Shown: piece after piece, positions 44,536-52,339 of the stretch | Layout of the letters: every line of letters begins with the position of its first letter | Numbering within the stretch: the stretch's first letter is position 1 | Assembly (NCBI GenBank): GCA_947177975.1 | Contig: CAMWWH010000001.1 | Coordinates: forward strand, 1 to 52,339 | Origin: an uncultured Clostridia bacterium | Lineage (GTDB): Bacteria; Bacillota; Clostridia; Christensenellales; Borkfalkiaceae | Direction of reading: 5' to 3' | DNA length: 52,339 nucleotides | Translations under genes and position numbers: made by a program | Notes under the pieces: generated by a model | Databases searched by the model: none | What the model was told of the DNA's origin: nothing | Seen by the model: the letters and a program-made list of their open reading frames with translations, nothing else

Positions 44536-46398
44536 ATGGAAATGGAAAACAAGCCCGCGCAAAAGGAAAAATTCAAGCGGCGCGGCAAAAATCAGAATAC
44601 GGCTACGGGTGAGAGCCGCGGCGACAAACGCGAAAAGCAAAAAGGTAACCCTAAAAAGAGTGCCGTAAAGCCTGTCGCCGCCGAGCGGAACAAACAGCCC
44701 AAACCCGTGCACGAGCGCAAGATTAAACCCGAAAAGAAGCAGAAAGCTCCAAAGAACGCGGTAAAAATCATATTTTTGGGCGGCGTCGGCGAAATCGGTA
44801 AGAATATGACCGCCTTGGAGTGCGGCGACGACATAATAATAATCGACGCAGGCATTATCTTCCCCACCGAGGAAACTCCGGGTATAGACCTCGTAGCGCC
44901 CGATATAACCTATTTAATAGAAAATAAGAAGAAGCTGCGCGCACTGTTTTTAACGCATGGTCACGAGGACCACATAGGCGGCGTACCCTATCTTTTAAAA
45001 GAAGTGGACGTGCCTGTCGTTGCGACCAAGCTCACCCTTGCGCTGGTTGACAACAAGCTGCGCGAACACCGTTTAAATAACGTTAAGGAAAAAGTTATCG
45101 CCCCTCACGACAGCTATCAGGCGGGCTGTTTTAAGGTGGATTTCATCAACGTAAACCACTCGATAGCGGGCGCGGTCGCGCTGTGCATACACACTCCACA
45201 GGGCGTAATTTTCCATAGCGGCGACTTTAAAATCGACTTAACTCCCGTCGCGGGCGAGCCGATAGATTTGAAATCTATCGCCGATATAGGCAGTAAGGGC
45301 GTGCTTTTGTATATGGGCGAGAGCACAAATATCGAGCGCCCCGGTTTTACTATGAGCGAGGCGGTCGTTGCCGAAACGCTGGACAGGCTGTTCGACGAAA
45401 ACAAGACCCGCCGCATAATAATTGCGACGTTCGCCTCCAACGTGCACAGACTGCAACAGATTATTGATTTGGCGGTAAAGTACAGGCGCAAGGTGGCGCT
45501 CAACGGCAGAAGTATGTTAAACGTCGTCGAGGCGGCGGAAAAGATAGGCGAAATGTCGGTTGCTGAAGGCGCAATCGTCGATATAACCAAGACGAAAAAT
45601 CTGCGCGACGACGAGGTTGTTATCGTCTGCACGGGCAGTCAGGGCGAGCCTATGAGCGCGTTAACGCGTATGTCTAACGGTGAAAACCCGCTTATTACGG
45701 TCGGTGAAAACGACACGATTATTATTTCCGCGTCGCCTATCCCCGGCAACGAGCGCGGCATTTACGGCGTTATCAACAAGCTGTACCATCTCGGCGCGGA
45801 CGTAGTTTACGAGAGCCTTGAAAAAATTCACGTATCTGGGCACGCTTGTCAGGAAGAGCACAAAATTCTGCACACTCTGTTAAAGCCGAAATTCTTCGTG
45901 CCCGTGCACGGCGAGTACCGCCATCTTAAAAAGCACTCGCAGCTTGCGCAGACCTTGGGTATGAACGAGCGTAATATCTTCCTTGCCGATATAGGCAATT
46001 GCTTGGAAGTGACGAGCAAGTATATCAAAAGGCTTGCGGACGTGCCGTCGGGCTCGCGCCTTATAGACGGCGAGGGCATAGAGGACGAGAAGGCTTCGGT
46101 TGTTATGCAGGACAGACGTCAGCTCGCCGCCGAGGGCTTGTTCATCGTGTCCGTGGCGGTGTCGGGCGGCGAGGTAATAGGCGAGCCCGCAATAAACTCC
46201 CGCGGGTTCGTGTTCGATTTTCACCACGACTATAACCGCGAAATGCGCGAGGTCATAAACCGCGCCATTCAAGGCTACGATTTGTCCGTCGGTACGGTGG
46301 ACGAACTTAAGCGCATTATTAAAAAATCGCTCAGAAATTACTTACAGAAGAAGACCAAGCAATCCCCTATGGTAGTGCCGGTCGTCGTGGAACTTTAA
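44536..46398 (+). CDS. rnj: Ribonuclease J (MBL/beta-CASP) with a roughly 75-aa Lys-rich N-terminal extension
   Basis: VKIIFLGGVGEIGKNMTALE, LTHGHEDHIGG, SGDFK, SGHACQEE, and a C-terminal domain. The extension spans aa 1-75. Confidence 0.93.
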   Translation: MEMENKPAQKEKFKRRGKNQNTATGESRGDKREKQKGNPKKSAVKPVAAERNKQPKPVHERKIKPEKKQKAPKNAVKIIFLGGVGEIGKNMTALECGDDIIIIDAGIIFPTEETPGIDLVAPDITYLIENKKKLRALFLTHGHEDHIGGVPYLLKEVDVPVVATKLTLALVDNKLREHRLNNVKEKVIAPHDSYQAGCFKVDFINVNHSIAGAVALCIHTPQGVIFHSGDFKIDLTPVAGEPIDLKSIADIGSKGVLLYMGESTNIERPGFTMSEAVVAETLDRLFDENKTRRIIIATFASNVHRLQQIIDLAVKYRRKVALNGRSMLNVVEAAEKIGEMSVAEGAIVDITKTKNLRDDEVVIVCTGSQGEPMSALTRMSNGENPLITVGENDTIIISASPIPGNERGIYGVINKLYHLGADVVYESLEKIHVSGHACQEEHKILHTLLKPKFFVPVHGEYRHLKKHSQLAQTLGMNERNIFLADIGNCLEVTSKYIKRLADVPSGSRLIDGEGIEDEKASVVMQDRRQLAAEGLFIVSVAVSGGEVIGEPAINSRGFVFDFHHDYNREMREVINRAIQGYDLSVGTVDELKRIIKKSLRNYLQKKTKQSPMVVPVVVEL

Positions 46399-46403
46399 CG
46401 CAT

Positions 46404-47072
46404 ATGAACGAGAAAGCATTTAACTACGCGCATAACGACACGTCGACGCCCGAAAGGGAGAGCAGGACGGCGGGGCTGAATAAGCTGCAAATTTCGGACG
46501 AGGTTGCACGCCTGCGCAAGTCCGCACACGAGAGGGAAGTACCCACCGCGTCGGAGGAAACTTTAAACTTTTTATTCACGCTCGCGCTTGCAAAAAATGC
46601 AAAAAACATTTTGGAAGTGGGCTGTGCGGAGGGCATAACCTCGCTTGCGCTCTTAGACATATGCGGCGGCGCTCACTTGACGGCAATCGAACGTGAAGCG
46701 CAGTTCATACGAGCCTTTAAAGACAATCTGCACGCATATGCGGACAGATGCACTTTGATTGAGGGTGACGCGGCGGACATATGTGCGGGGCTTGAAACGG
46801 GGGCGTACGACTTTATATTTTTAGACTGCGCCAAGGTGCAGTACATAAAGCTTCTGCCCGAATTAAAGCGGATATTATCGAAAAACGGCGTTTTGCTCGC
46901 CGACGATATTTTGATGTACGGTTGGGTCAACGGCGAGGTCGAAACTCCCAAAAAACGCAGAATGCTTGTAGAGCATATCCGCGAATACATTACCGCCGTT
47001 ACGAACGACGACGGGTTGCAGACTTCCATATTAGATATAGGAAACGGCTTGGCAATGAGTGTTAAAAGGTAA
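46404..47072 (+). CDS. trmR: Class I SAM-dependent O-methyltransferase (YrrM/TrmR-like)
   Basis: SAM motif ILEVGCAEGITSL, plus FIFLDCAK. Its position upstream of a U32 peptidase gene matches B. subtilis yrrM-yrrNO. Confidence 0.7.
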   Translation: MNEKAFNYAHNDTSTPERESRTAGLNKLQISDEVARLRKSAHEREVPTASEETLNFLFTLALAKNAKNILEVGCAEGITSLALLDICGGAHLTAIEREAQFIRAFKDNLHAYADRCTLIEGDAADICAGLETGAYDFIFLDCAKVQYIKLLPELKRILSKNGVLLADDILMYGWVNGEVETPKKRRMLVEHIREYITAVTNDDGLQTSILDIGNGLAMSVKR

Positions 47073-47076
47073 ACGA

Positions 47077-48270
47077 ATGAAGGTTGAATTACTTGCGCCT
47101 GCGGGCGGCTTTTCGAAACTTAAAACTGCCGTGTATTTCGGCGCCGATGCGGCATATATAGGGGGTAAAGCGTTTTCGCTGCGCTCTTTTGCCGACAATT
47201 TCGACGCGGAAGAATTAAAAAACGCGGTGCGGTTTGCTCACAAATTCGGCAAAAAAATTTACGTTACGGCAAATATCTTTGCGCGCAACGCAGATTTTTC
47301 CGCGCTCTCCGACTACTTTAAATATCTTTACGAAATAGGCGTGGACGCGGCAATCATATCCGACAGCGGAGTTTTTTACGCGGCTAAGAAGGCGGCGCCT
47401 AACCTTGCCGTACATATCTCTACGCAAGCCAATTTAACCAACAAGTATGCGGTTAAATTCTGGAAGGAGCAGGGCGCAAGCCGAGCGATTTTAGCGCGTG
47501 AGCTGTCGCTGAACGAAATAAGAGAAATTCACGACTTCGTGCCCGATATCGAGCTGGAAGCGTTCGTGCACGGAGCAATGTGCATATCCTATTCGGGCAG
47601 GTGTCTTTTATCCGACTATCTGTCGGGCAGGCCCTCCAACCGCGGCGCATGCGTGCAGGCTTGCCGCTGGAACTATACGGTCAAAAAGCACGACGCGGGC
47701 GCGGAGAGCGGAGAAATGAGCGTGGAAGAGGACGAGCGCGGCACGTACATTTTCAACAGTAAGGACTTGAATATGTCCGCGCACCTTAAAGAAATGGCGG
47801 AGGCGGGCGTGTGCTCGTTTAAAATCGAGGGGCGTATGAAGAGCGAGTATTACCTCGCTACGGTCATAAACGCATACCGCCGCTGTATCGACGGCGGCTT
47901 CGACGAAACCGTCGCGCGCGAGCTTGTAACGGCGGCGCACCGCGACTATACGACGGCGTATATGTTGGGGGAAAACCACCAAACCGTCAACTATTCGGAC
48001 AGTCAGGCAAAGGGTGACTGCGACTATATCGCAAACGTTTTGTCGGGCGGCAACGGAGAGGCGGTCGTCGAAATGCGCGGAAGATTTAAGGTGGGCGATA
48101 CTCTCGAAGTGCTTTCGCCCGATACAAATTTCGGCAAGTCGTTTGTCGTTGAGAGTGCGAAAACGGGCGCGGGCGAGGCGGTTGACGACTGCAAGCTCGT
48201 GCAGGAGCACTACACGATTAACTGTCCCTACGACTTATCCGAGGGCGATATTTTAAGAAGAAGAAAATGA
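47077..48270 (+). CDS. Peptidase U32 family protein (TrhP/YrrN-YrrO-like)
   Basis: MKVELLAPAGG and the U32 signature E-x-F-x-H-G-A-x-C-x-S-Y-S-G-x-C (EAFVHGAMCISYSGRC). I prefer ATG 47077 over GTG 47059. Confidence 0.85.
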   Translation: MKVELLAPAGGFSKLKTAVYFGADAAYIGGKAFSLRSFADNFDAEELKNAVRFAHKFGKKIYVTANIFARNADFSALSDYFKYLYEIGVDAAIISDSGVFYAAKKAAPNLAVHISTQANLTNKYAVKFWKEQGASRAILARELSLNEIREIHDFVPDIELEAFVHGAMCISYSGRCLLSDYLSGRPSNRGACVQACRWNYTVKKHDAGAESGEMSVEEDERGTYIFNSKDLNMSAHLKEMAEAGVCSFKIEGRMKSEYYLATVINAYRRCIDGGFDETVARELVTAAHRDYTTAYMLGENHQTVNYSDSQAKGDCDYIANVLSGGNGEAVVEMRGRFKVGDTLEVLSPDTNFGKSFVVESAKTGAGEAVDDCKLVQEHYTINCPYDLSEGDILRRRK

Positions 48271-49487
48271 ATTACGAAGTTAAAAACATTTACGGAAAAA
48301 TCAAAAATAAAAGCGCGGTTGTGCGCGTGCCCGGCTCGAAGAGCATAACTGCGCGTGCGCTGCTTATGTCCGCGCTTGCGGACGGCGACAGCTTTCTGTA
48401 CGGCGCGCAGATGTCCGACGACTGCACTACGTTTATAAACGCAATGTACTCGCTCGGCGTACGCGCAGAGGTCGACGGCACGACCGTCAAAGTCACGGGA
48501 CGCGGCGGAAGATTTCCCTTTAATTACGGCGACGTTTACGTGGGCAGCGCGGGTACGGCGGCACGGTTTATTACGGCTATGCTTGCCTTTAAAGACGGAG
48601 AATTTGGCGTAACGTCGTCGCCGCAAATGAAAAAGCGCCCGCAGGAGGGGCTCATTTCCGCGCTGAAAGCGGTCGGCGCGCAGTTCACGTTCTACGGCGA
48701 CGAGAATTGTTTTCCTTTCGTTATACGCGGGACAAAATGTATGGCGGACGAGGTGACGGTGGATATAACCAAGTCAAGCCAGTTTTTGTCCGCGCTCTTG
48801 ATGGCGGGCGTGCTTGCGGACAAGCCGTTTAAAATCAAAACGGTCGGCAGTCACGGTATGGACTACGTGAAAATGACCTTGGATATGATGTGGTCGTTCG
48901 GCGTGAACGTCGAGGAAAAGGACGGCGCGTACGTGGTCGACGGAAAGTATATGCCGAGAAGGTACGATATCGAGCCCGACGTGTCGGCGGCGTGCTATTT
49001 CTATGCAATCAACCGTCTTTTGGGTACGGATATCAAGGTTGCGGGAGTTATGCCGCGCACTATGCAGGGGGATATCAAGTTTATCGAGCTTATCAAAAAT
49101 TTCAACGGCGGCAAGGTGGATATGTCGGCTTTTTCCGACCAGGCTCTGACGCTTGCGGCTGTTGCGCCCTATCTTGAAAACCCCACCGAAATCGTCGGGG
49201 TTGCGCATATCCGCGGTCAGGAGTGCGACAGAATTAAAGCAATCGTACATAATTTAACCGCAATGGGAGTGAAGTGCGAGGAGCGCGAGGACGGAGTTAA
49301 AATCTATCCCTGCAAGCCGCACGGCGCGGAAATCGAAACCTTCGGCGACCACCGCGTGGCTATGGCTTTTTCGCTCTGCGGACTGCGCACCGACGGCATT
49401 GTAATAAAGAACGCGGAAGTGTGTTCCAAGACCTTTAAAGAATATTTCGAAGTATTCGACGACTTGATTGAAAAACTAACAAAATAA
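48267..49487 (+). CDS. aroA: 3-phosphoshikimate 1-carboxyvinyltransferase (EPSP synthase)
   Basis: VPGSKSITARALL, GSAGTAARF, SSQFLSALLMA, GQECDRIKA, GDHRVAMAF. ATGA overlap with the U32 gene. Confidence 0.9.
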   Translation: MNYEVKNIYGKIKNKSAVVRVPGSKSITARALLMSALADGDSFLYGAQMSDDCTTFINAMYSLGVRAEVDGTTVKVTGRGGRFPFNYGDVYVGSAGTAARFITAMLAFKDGEFGVTSSPQMKKRPQEGLISALKAVGAQFTFYGDENCFPFVIRGTKCMADEVTVDITKSSQFLSALLMAGVLADKPFKIKTVGSHGMDYVKMTLDMMWSFGVNVEEKDGAYVVDGKYMPRRYDIEPDVSAACYFYAINRLLGTDIKVAGVMPRTMQGDIKFIELIKNFNGGKVDMSAFSDQALTLAAVAPYLENPTEIVGVAHIRGQECDRIKAIVHNLTAMGVKCEEREDGVKIYPCKPHGAEIETFGDHRVAMAFSLCGLRTDGIVIKNAEVCSKTFKEYFEVFDDLIEKLTK

Positions 49488-49490
49488 ATT

Positions 49491-49525
49491 AAAGCCCCGC
49501 GGCAAAATTGCCGCGGGGCTTTTGT
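49491..49525. terminator. Bidirectional terminator
   Basis: Stem AAGCCCCGCGGCAA / TTGCCGCGGGGCTT, followed by TTGTT. Confidence 0.85.
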
Positions 49526-49543
49526 TAGGTGTGAGAAACCCGC

Positions 49544-50062
49544 TTACATTGCAGGTCCTGTGGTGGACGCAGTATAAACTCTTGCTCCCAGCTCTTGATT
49601 CAAAGCGTAAAGACCTTTCGCGTCGTGACCGAAAAGCTCGAACTTTCTTATCATATCCTCGGCGTTCTTTTCTTCCTCGCCCTGTTCCTTGATGAACCAG
49701 TCCAAAAACTGCATAGTCTTAAAATCGTGCAGCTTGAACGCTTCGGCGTAGATGTTGTTTATGAGCGAGGTAACGTACTGTTCGTGCTCGTAACCGAAAG
49801 CGAGGGGGTCGTCGTGCTTCTTTGCAACCTTGTCGGGCTTGGCGATAGCGTCGAACGTTACGCGCACGCCGTTGTCGATGAGATAGCGGCGCATCATCAT
49901 TGCGTGGTCGCGCTCCTCCTGAGCCTGAATCTGGTACCAGTGCGCAAATCCGTCGAGACCTTCCGCCTCGTAGTAGTTCGCAAAGTCGAGGTACAGATAC
50001 GCGGAGTAAAGCTCCTTGTTCACCTGAACGTTAATGAGTTCGGCTATTTTCTTGTCAATCAT
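49544..50062 (-). CDS. Ferritin (non-haem, Ftn-type)
   Basis: Ferroxidase-centre residues sit in NKELYSAYLY, QAQEERDHA and FIKEQGEEE. 172 aa. Confidence 0.9.
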   Translation of the reverse strand: MIDKKIAELINVQVNKELYSAYLYLDFANYYEAEGLDGFAHWYQIQAQEERDHAMMMRRYLIDNGVRVTFDAIAKPDKVAKKHDDPLAFGYEHEQYVTSLINNIYAEAFKLHDFKTMQFLDWFIKEQGEEEKNAEDMIRKFELFGHDAKGLYALNQELGARVYTASTTGPAM

Positions 50063-50130
50063 TTATTTTGCCTCCAAAAATTTGTTCACGTATATTATAA
50101 ACTCATTTTAAAAAATTTCAACGCAATTTA

Positions 50131-50158
50131 CACAATATTTTCCATATTGTGGTATAAT
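50131..50158 (+). promoter_or_regulatory. dinB promoter region: 8-bp inverted repeat plus extended -10
   Basis: CACAATAT-TTTCC-ATATTGTG spans 50131-50151. TGgTATAAT spans 50150-50158. ATG 50166 is 8 nt after the -10 box, so the mRNA may be leaderless. Confidence 0.45.
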
Positions 50159-50165
50159 AAATTCG

Positions 50166-51476
50166 ATGGAACGCATTGTCTTACACTCCGATCTGAATAA
50201 TTTCTACGCTTCGGTCGAGCGCATTTTAAATCCCGAGCTTGCAGGCAAGCCCGTAGCCGTCTGCGGCAACGAGGAGGAGCGGCGCGGAATAGCTCTCGCC
50301 AAGAGCGAGGAAGCGAAAAAATTCGGAATAAAGACGGGCGATACGGTTTGGCAGGCGAAGCGCAAGTGCCCCGATATAGTAATCGTGCGCCCGCACTTTT
50401 CCGAGTATATGAGCTACTCGCGCAAGGTAAAGGCAATCTATGCGCGCTACACCGATTTAATCGAGAGCTACGGCATAGACGAGTGCTGGTTGGACGTCAC
50501 GAAATCGACCAAAATCTTCCCCGCGTACGACGGAGAAATGTACGTGGAAGCGGGCGGCGAAAAGCACTTTTCGGACGGTTACCTGCGACATATAGGCGAT
50601 GTAATCAGGTTTGCGGTCAAAAACGAGCTCGGTTTGACAGTGTCCGTGGGGGTGTCTTTCAACAAGATTTACGCCAAGCTCGGCTCGGACTTGAAAAAGC
50701 CGAACGGCACTTCGGTCATATCGGTTTTGAACTATAAAAACGTCATATTCGGATTGCCCGTAAAGGAGCTTTTGATGGTGGGCGGCGCGACGGAAAGTAA
50801 GCTCTGTCAGATGGGTTACACGACGATTGGCAAGCTCGCCGCGGCGGACGACGGGAGAATTATAAAGGCGCTCGGCAAGTTCGGACAGACCCTCTTAATC
50901 TACGCGCGGGGCGAGGACGATACGCCCGTACGCGCGCTCGGCGACGACAGGGAGTTGAAGTCAATCGGCAATTCGATGACCTGCCCGAAAGATTTGACCG
51001 ACTACAACGACGTAAAGCGCACTCTGTACGTTCTGAGCGAGAGCGTGGCGGCGCGGCTGAGGGAGACCTCGTTAGGGCTTGCCGACACGGTGCATTTATG
51101 GGTGCGCGACAGTAAGCTGAACGGCTATCAGGTGCAGAAGAAGGTGCGGCACACCTGCCTTTGCGGCGAGATTGCCGAGCACGCATTTTCGCTGTTTACC
51201 GAAAAATTCAAGCCGCCGTTTGCCGTGCGGGCGCTCGGCGTTACGGTGTCGGGGTTCGACAAGGGCAGCTCGCAGTTGACCTTCGACGAGACGGCGGGCG
51301 ACTATGCAAAGCGCGAGCGCGCAGAGAGGTGCATAGACGAAATCCGCAAAAAGCACGGCTACGCGGCGGTTCAGCGGGGTATTATAGCAGAAGATCCGAC
51401 CGAGATGCACGACGATATAAAAAACAGTCATCTTATTAAGCCCGCCCGCTTCGACGACAACGGCGAGGACATATAA
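50166..51476 (+). CDS. dinB: Y-family DNA polymerase IV
   Basis: VLHSDLNNFYASVE, YGIDECWLDVT, SVGVSFNKIYAKLGSDLKKPNG. Confidence 0.92.
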   Translation: MERIVLHSDLNNFYASVERILNPELAGKPVAVCGNEEERRGIALAKSEEAKKFGIKTGDTVWQAKRKCPDIVIVRPHFSEYMSYSRKVKAIYARYTDLIESYGIDECWLDVTKSTKIFPAYDGEMYVEAGGEKHFSDGYLRHIGDVIRFAVKNELGLTVSVGVSFNKIYAKLGSDLKKPNGTSVISVLNYKNVIFGLPVKELLMVGGATESKLCQMGYTTIGKLAAADDGRIIKALGKFGQTLLIYARGEDDTPVRALGDDRELKSIGNSMTCPKDLTDYNDVKRTLYVLSESVAARLRETSLGLADTVHLWVRDSKLNGYQVQKKVRHTCLCGEIAEHAFSLFTEKFKPPFAVRALGVTVSGFDKGSSQLTFDETAGDYAKRERAERCIDEIRKKHGYAAVQRGIIAEDPTEMHDDIKNSHLIKPARFDDNGEDI

Positions 51477-51488
51477 GTCACGCTTATA

Positions 51489-51520
51489 GCCCTTATAATC
51501 AGTTACAAGGGCGTATTTGT
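51489..51520 (+). terminator. Candidate terminator after dinB
   Basis: Stem GCCCTTATA / TACAAGGGC with one mismatch, followed by GTATTTGTT. Confidence 0.5.
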
Positions 51521-51548
51521 TGACAACAACCTTTAAATTAACTATAAT
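51520..51548 (+). promoter_or_regulatory. Consensus promoter TTGACA-17-TATAAT
   Basis: TTGACA at 51520-51525 and TATAAT at 51543-51548, upstream of the glutamine synthetase gene. Confidence 0.6.
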
Positions 51549-51582
51549 TTAAAATGTTCAGAAATTTTTTAGGAGTACACAG

Positions 51583-52339
51583 ATGAATTTACCCGAGAAG
51601 TTCGGCGAAAACGTTTTCAACGATCAGGTGCAGAAAGAGACGTTGCCCAGCGAGGTTTACAAAGCTTTGCGCGCAACCATCGACGCGGGCAAGCGCCTCG
51701 ACGTATCCATTGCGGGCACGGTAGCTTCGGCAATGAAGAAGTGGGCGGTGTCAAAGGGCGCAACCCATTACACGCATTGGTTCCAGCCGCTCACGGGACT
51801 GACCGCGGAAAAGCACGACAGCTTTATAGAACCGGAGGGCGACAAAGTAATTATGCGCCTTACGGGCAAGAGTCTGACGGTCGGCGAGGCGGACGCTTCT
51901 TCCTTCCCCTCGGGCGGTTCGCGCGTGACCTATATGGCGCGCGGCTACACCGCGTGGGACCCGACTTCCCCCGCGTTCGTCAAGGAGGGTACGCTGTACA
52001 TACCCACGGTATTCGTATCATACACGGGCGAAACGTTAGATAAAAAGTCGCCGCTTCTGCGCTCGATGACGGCTATCGACAAACAGGCAAAGCGAATTTT
52101 AGCGCTGTTTGGAAGAGAGTGCAAAAAGGTGTCCACGACGGTAGGACCCGAGCAGGAATATTTTTTAATCGACGAAGAGGAGTATATGCGCCGCAAGGAT
52201 TTGCGCCTGTGCGGCAGAACGCTTTTCGGCGCGCCCGTATCGCGCGGGCAGGAGCTCGAAGACCACTATTACGGAATGTTAAAACCGCGCATAGTCGACT
52301 TTATGCACGACCTCGATAACGAGCTGTGGAGCTACGGCG
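51583..52339 (+). CDS. glnA: Glutamine synthetase type III (N-terminal part, runs off the window)
   Basis: Hand-translated open frame from ATG 51583 with SD AGGAG: MNLPEKFGENVFNDQ...ATHYTHWFQPLTG...GPEQEYFLID. This is the GSIII N-terminal pattern. It is absent from the ORF track because no stop codon falls in the window. Confidence 0.85.
   Translation, partial: MNLPEKFGENVFNDQVQKETLPSEVYKALRATIDAGKRLDVSIAGTVASAMKKWAVSKGATHYTHWFQPLTGLTAEKHDSFIEPEGDKVIMRLTGKSLTVGEADASSFPSGGSRVTYMARGYTAWDPTSPAFVKEGTLYIPTVFVSYTGETLDKKSPLLRSMTAIDKQAKRILALFGRECKKVSTTVGPEQEYFLIDEEEYMRRKDLRLCGRTLFGAPVSRGQELEDHYYGMLKPRIVDFMHDLDNELWSYG

Noticed and set aside
50063-50165. A LexA (Cheo) box or a Fur/PerR box in the ferritin-dinB intergenic region
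   Set aside because: Only a GTTC half-site is present. No GAAC-N4-GTTC motif or convincing 7-1-7 Fur-type repeat could be read.
1-52339. tRNA, rRNA, CRISPR arrays, transposases, integrases and prophage structural genes
   Set aside because: None could be identified by reading the ORF translations and the intergenic regions.

Overview
This 52.3-kb window is a chromosomal segment from a spore-forming Firmicute, probably a Clostridia-like organism. The supporting signals are spoIVA with a sigma-E-type promoter, the rpmG-secE-nusG-rplK-rplA cluster, RNase J, several lipobox lipoproteins, and many TTGACA-17-TATAAT promoters. I call about 46 protein genes. I saw no rRNA or tRNA genes, no CRISPR array, and no transposase or integrase.

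Gene content, left to right:
- An AT-rich, complete type I R-M system (hsdM-hsdS-hsdR).
- A choloylglycine (bile-salt) hydrolase and an Asp-box lipoprotein.
- A LysR-controlled redox/hydrolase cluster.
- An SGNH-esterase lipoprotein.
- A CMD-cupin / AKR-ferredoxin / DUF1893-like operon.
- A four-gene phosphoesterase/nuclease cassette.
- RNase G, an orphan SecB-like protein, and a 981-aa Cys-module lipoprotein.
- The ribosomal/nusG cluster, followed by an AT-rich XRE islet.
- TrpB2, a GH3 glycosidase, two esterases and an ATP-grasp protein.
- spoIVA and serC-serA.
- An 846-aa acidic repeat protein, then RNase J.
- An O-methyltransferase / U32 / aroA operon, ferritin, dinB, and the 5' part of a type III glutamine synthetase.

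Best candidates for something undescribed:
1. The 18.5-21.8 kb cassette: metallophosphoesterase + HAD phosphatase, then beta-CASP MBL nuclease + PD-(D/E)xK/QxxxY nuclease, arranged as two translationally coupled pairs.
2. A roughly 285-nt nested inverted-repeat element at 31685-31970, upstream of the GH3 gene. Its non-Watson-Crick positions are mostly G-U pairs on the + strand only.
3. The XRE/small-protein islet sitting where rplJL-rpoBC is normally found.
4. The acidic protein with about 19 degenerate repeats.

All functional calls come from motifs read by eye and from remembered family signatures. No database search was run.
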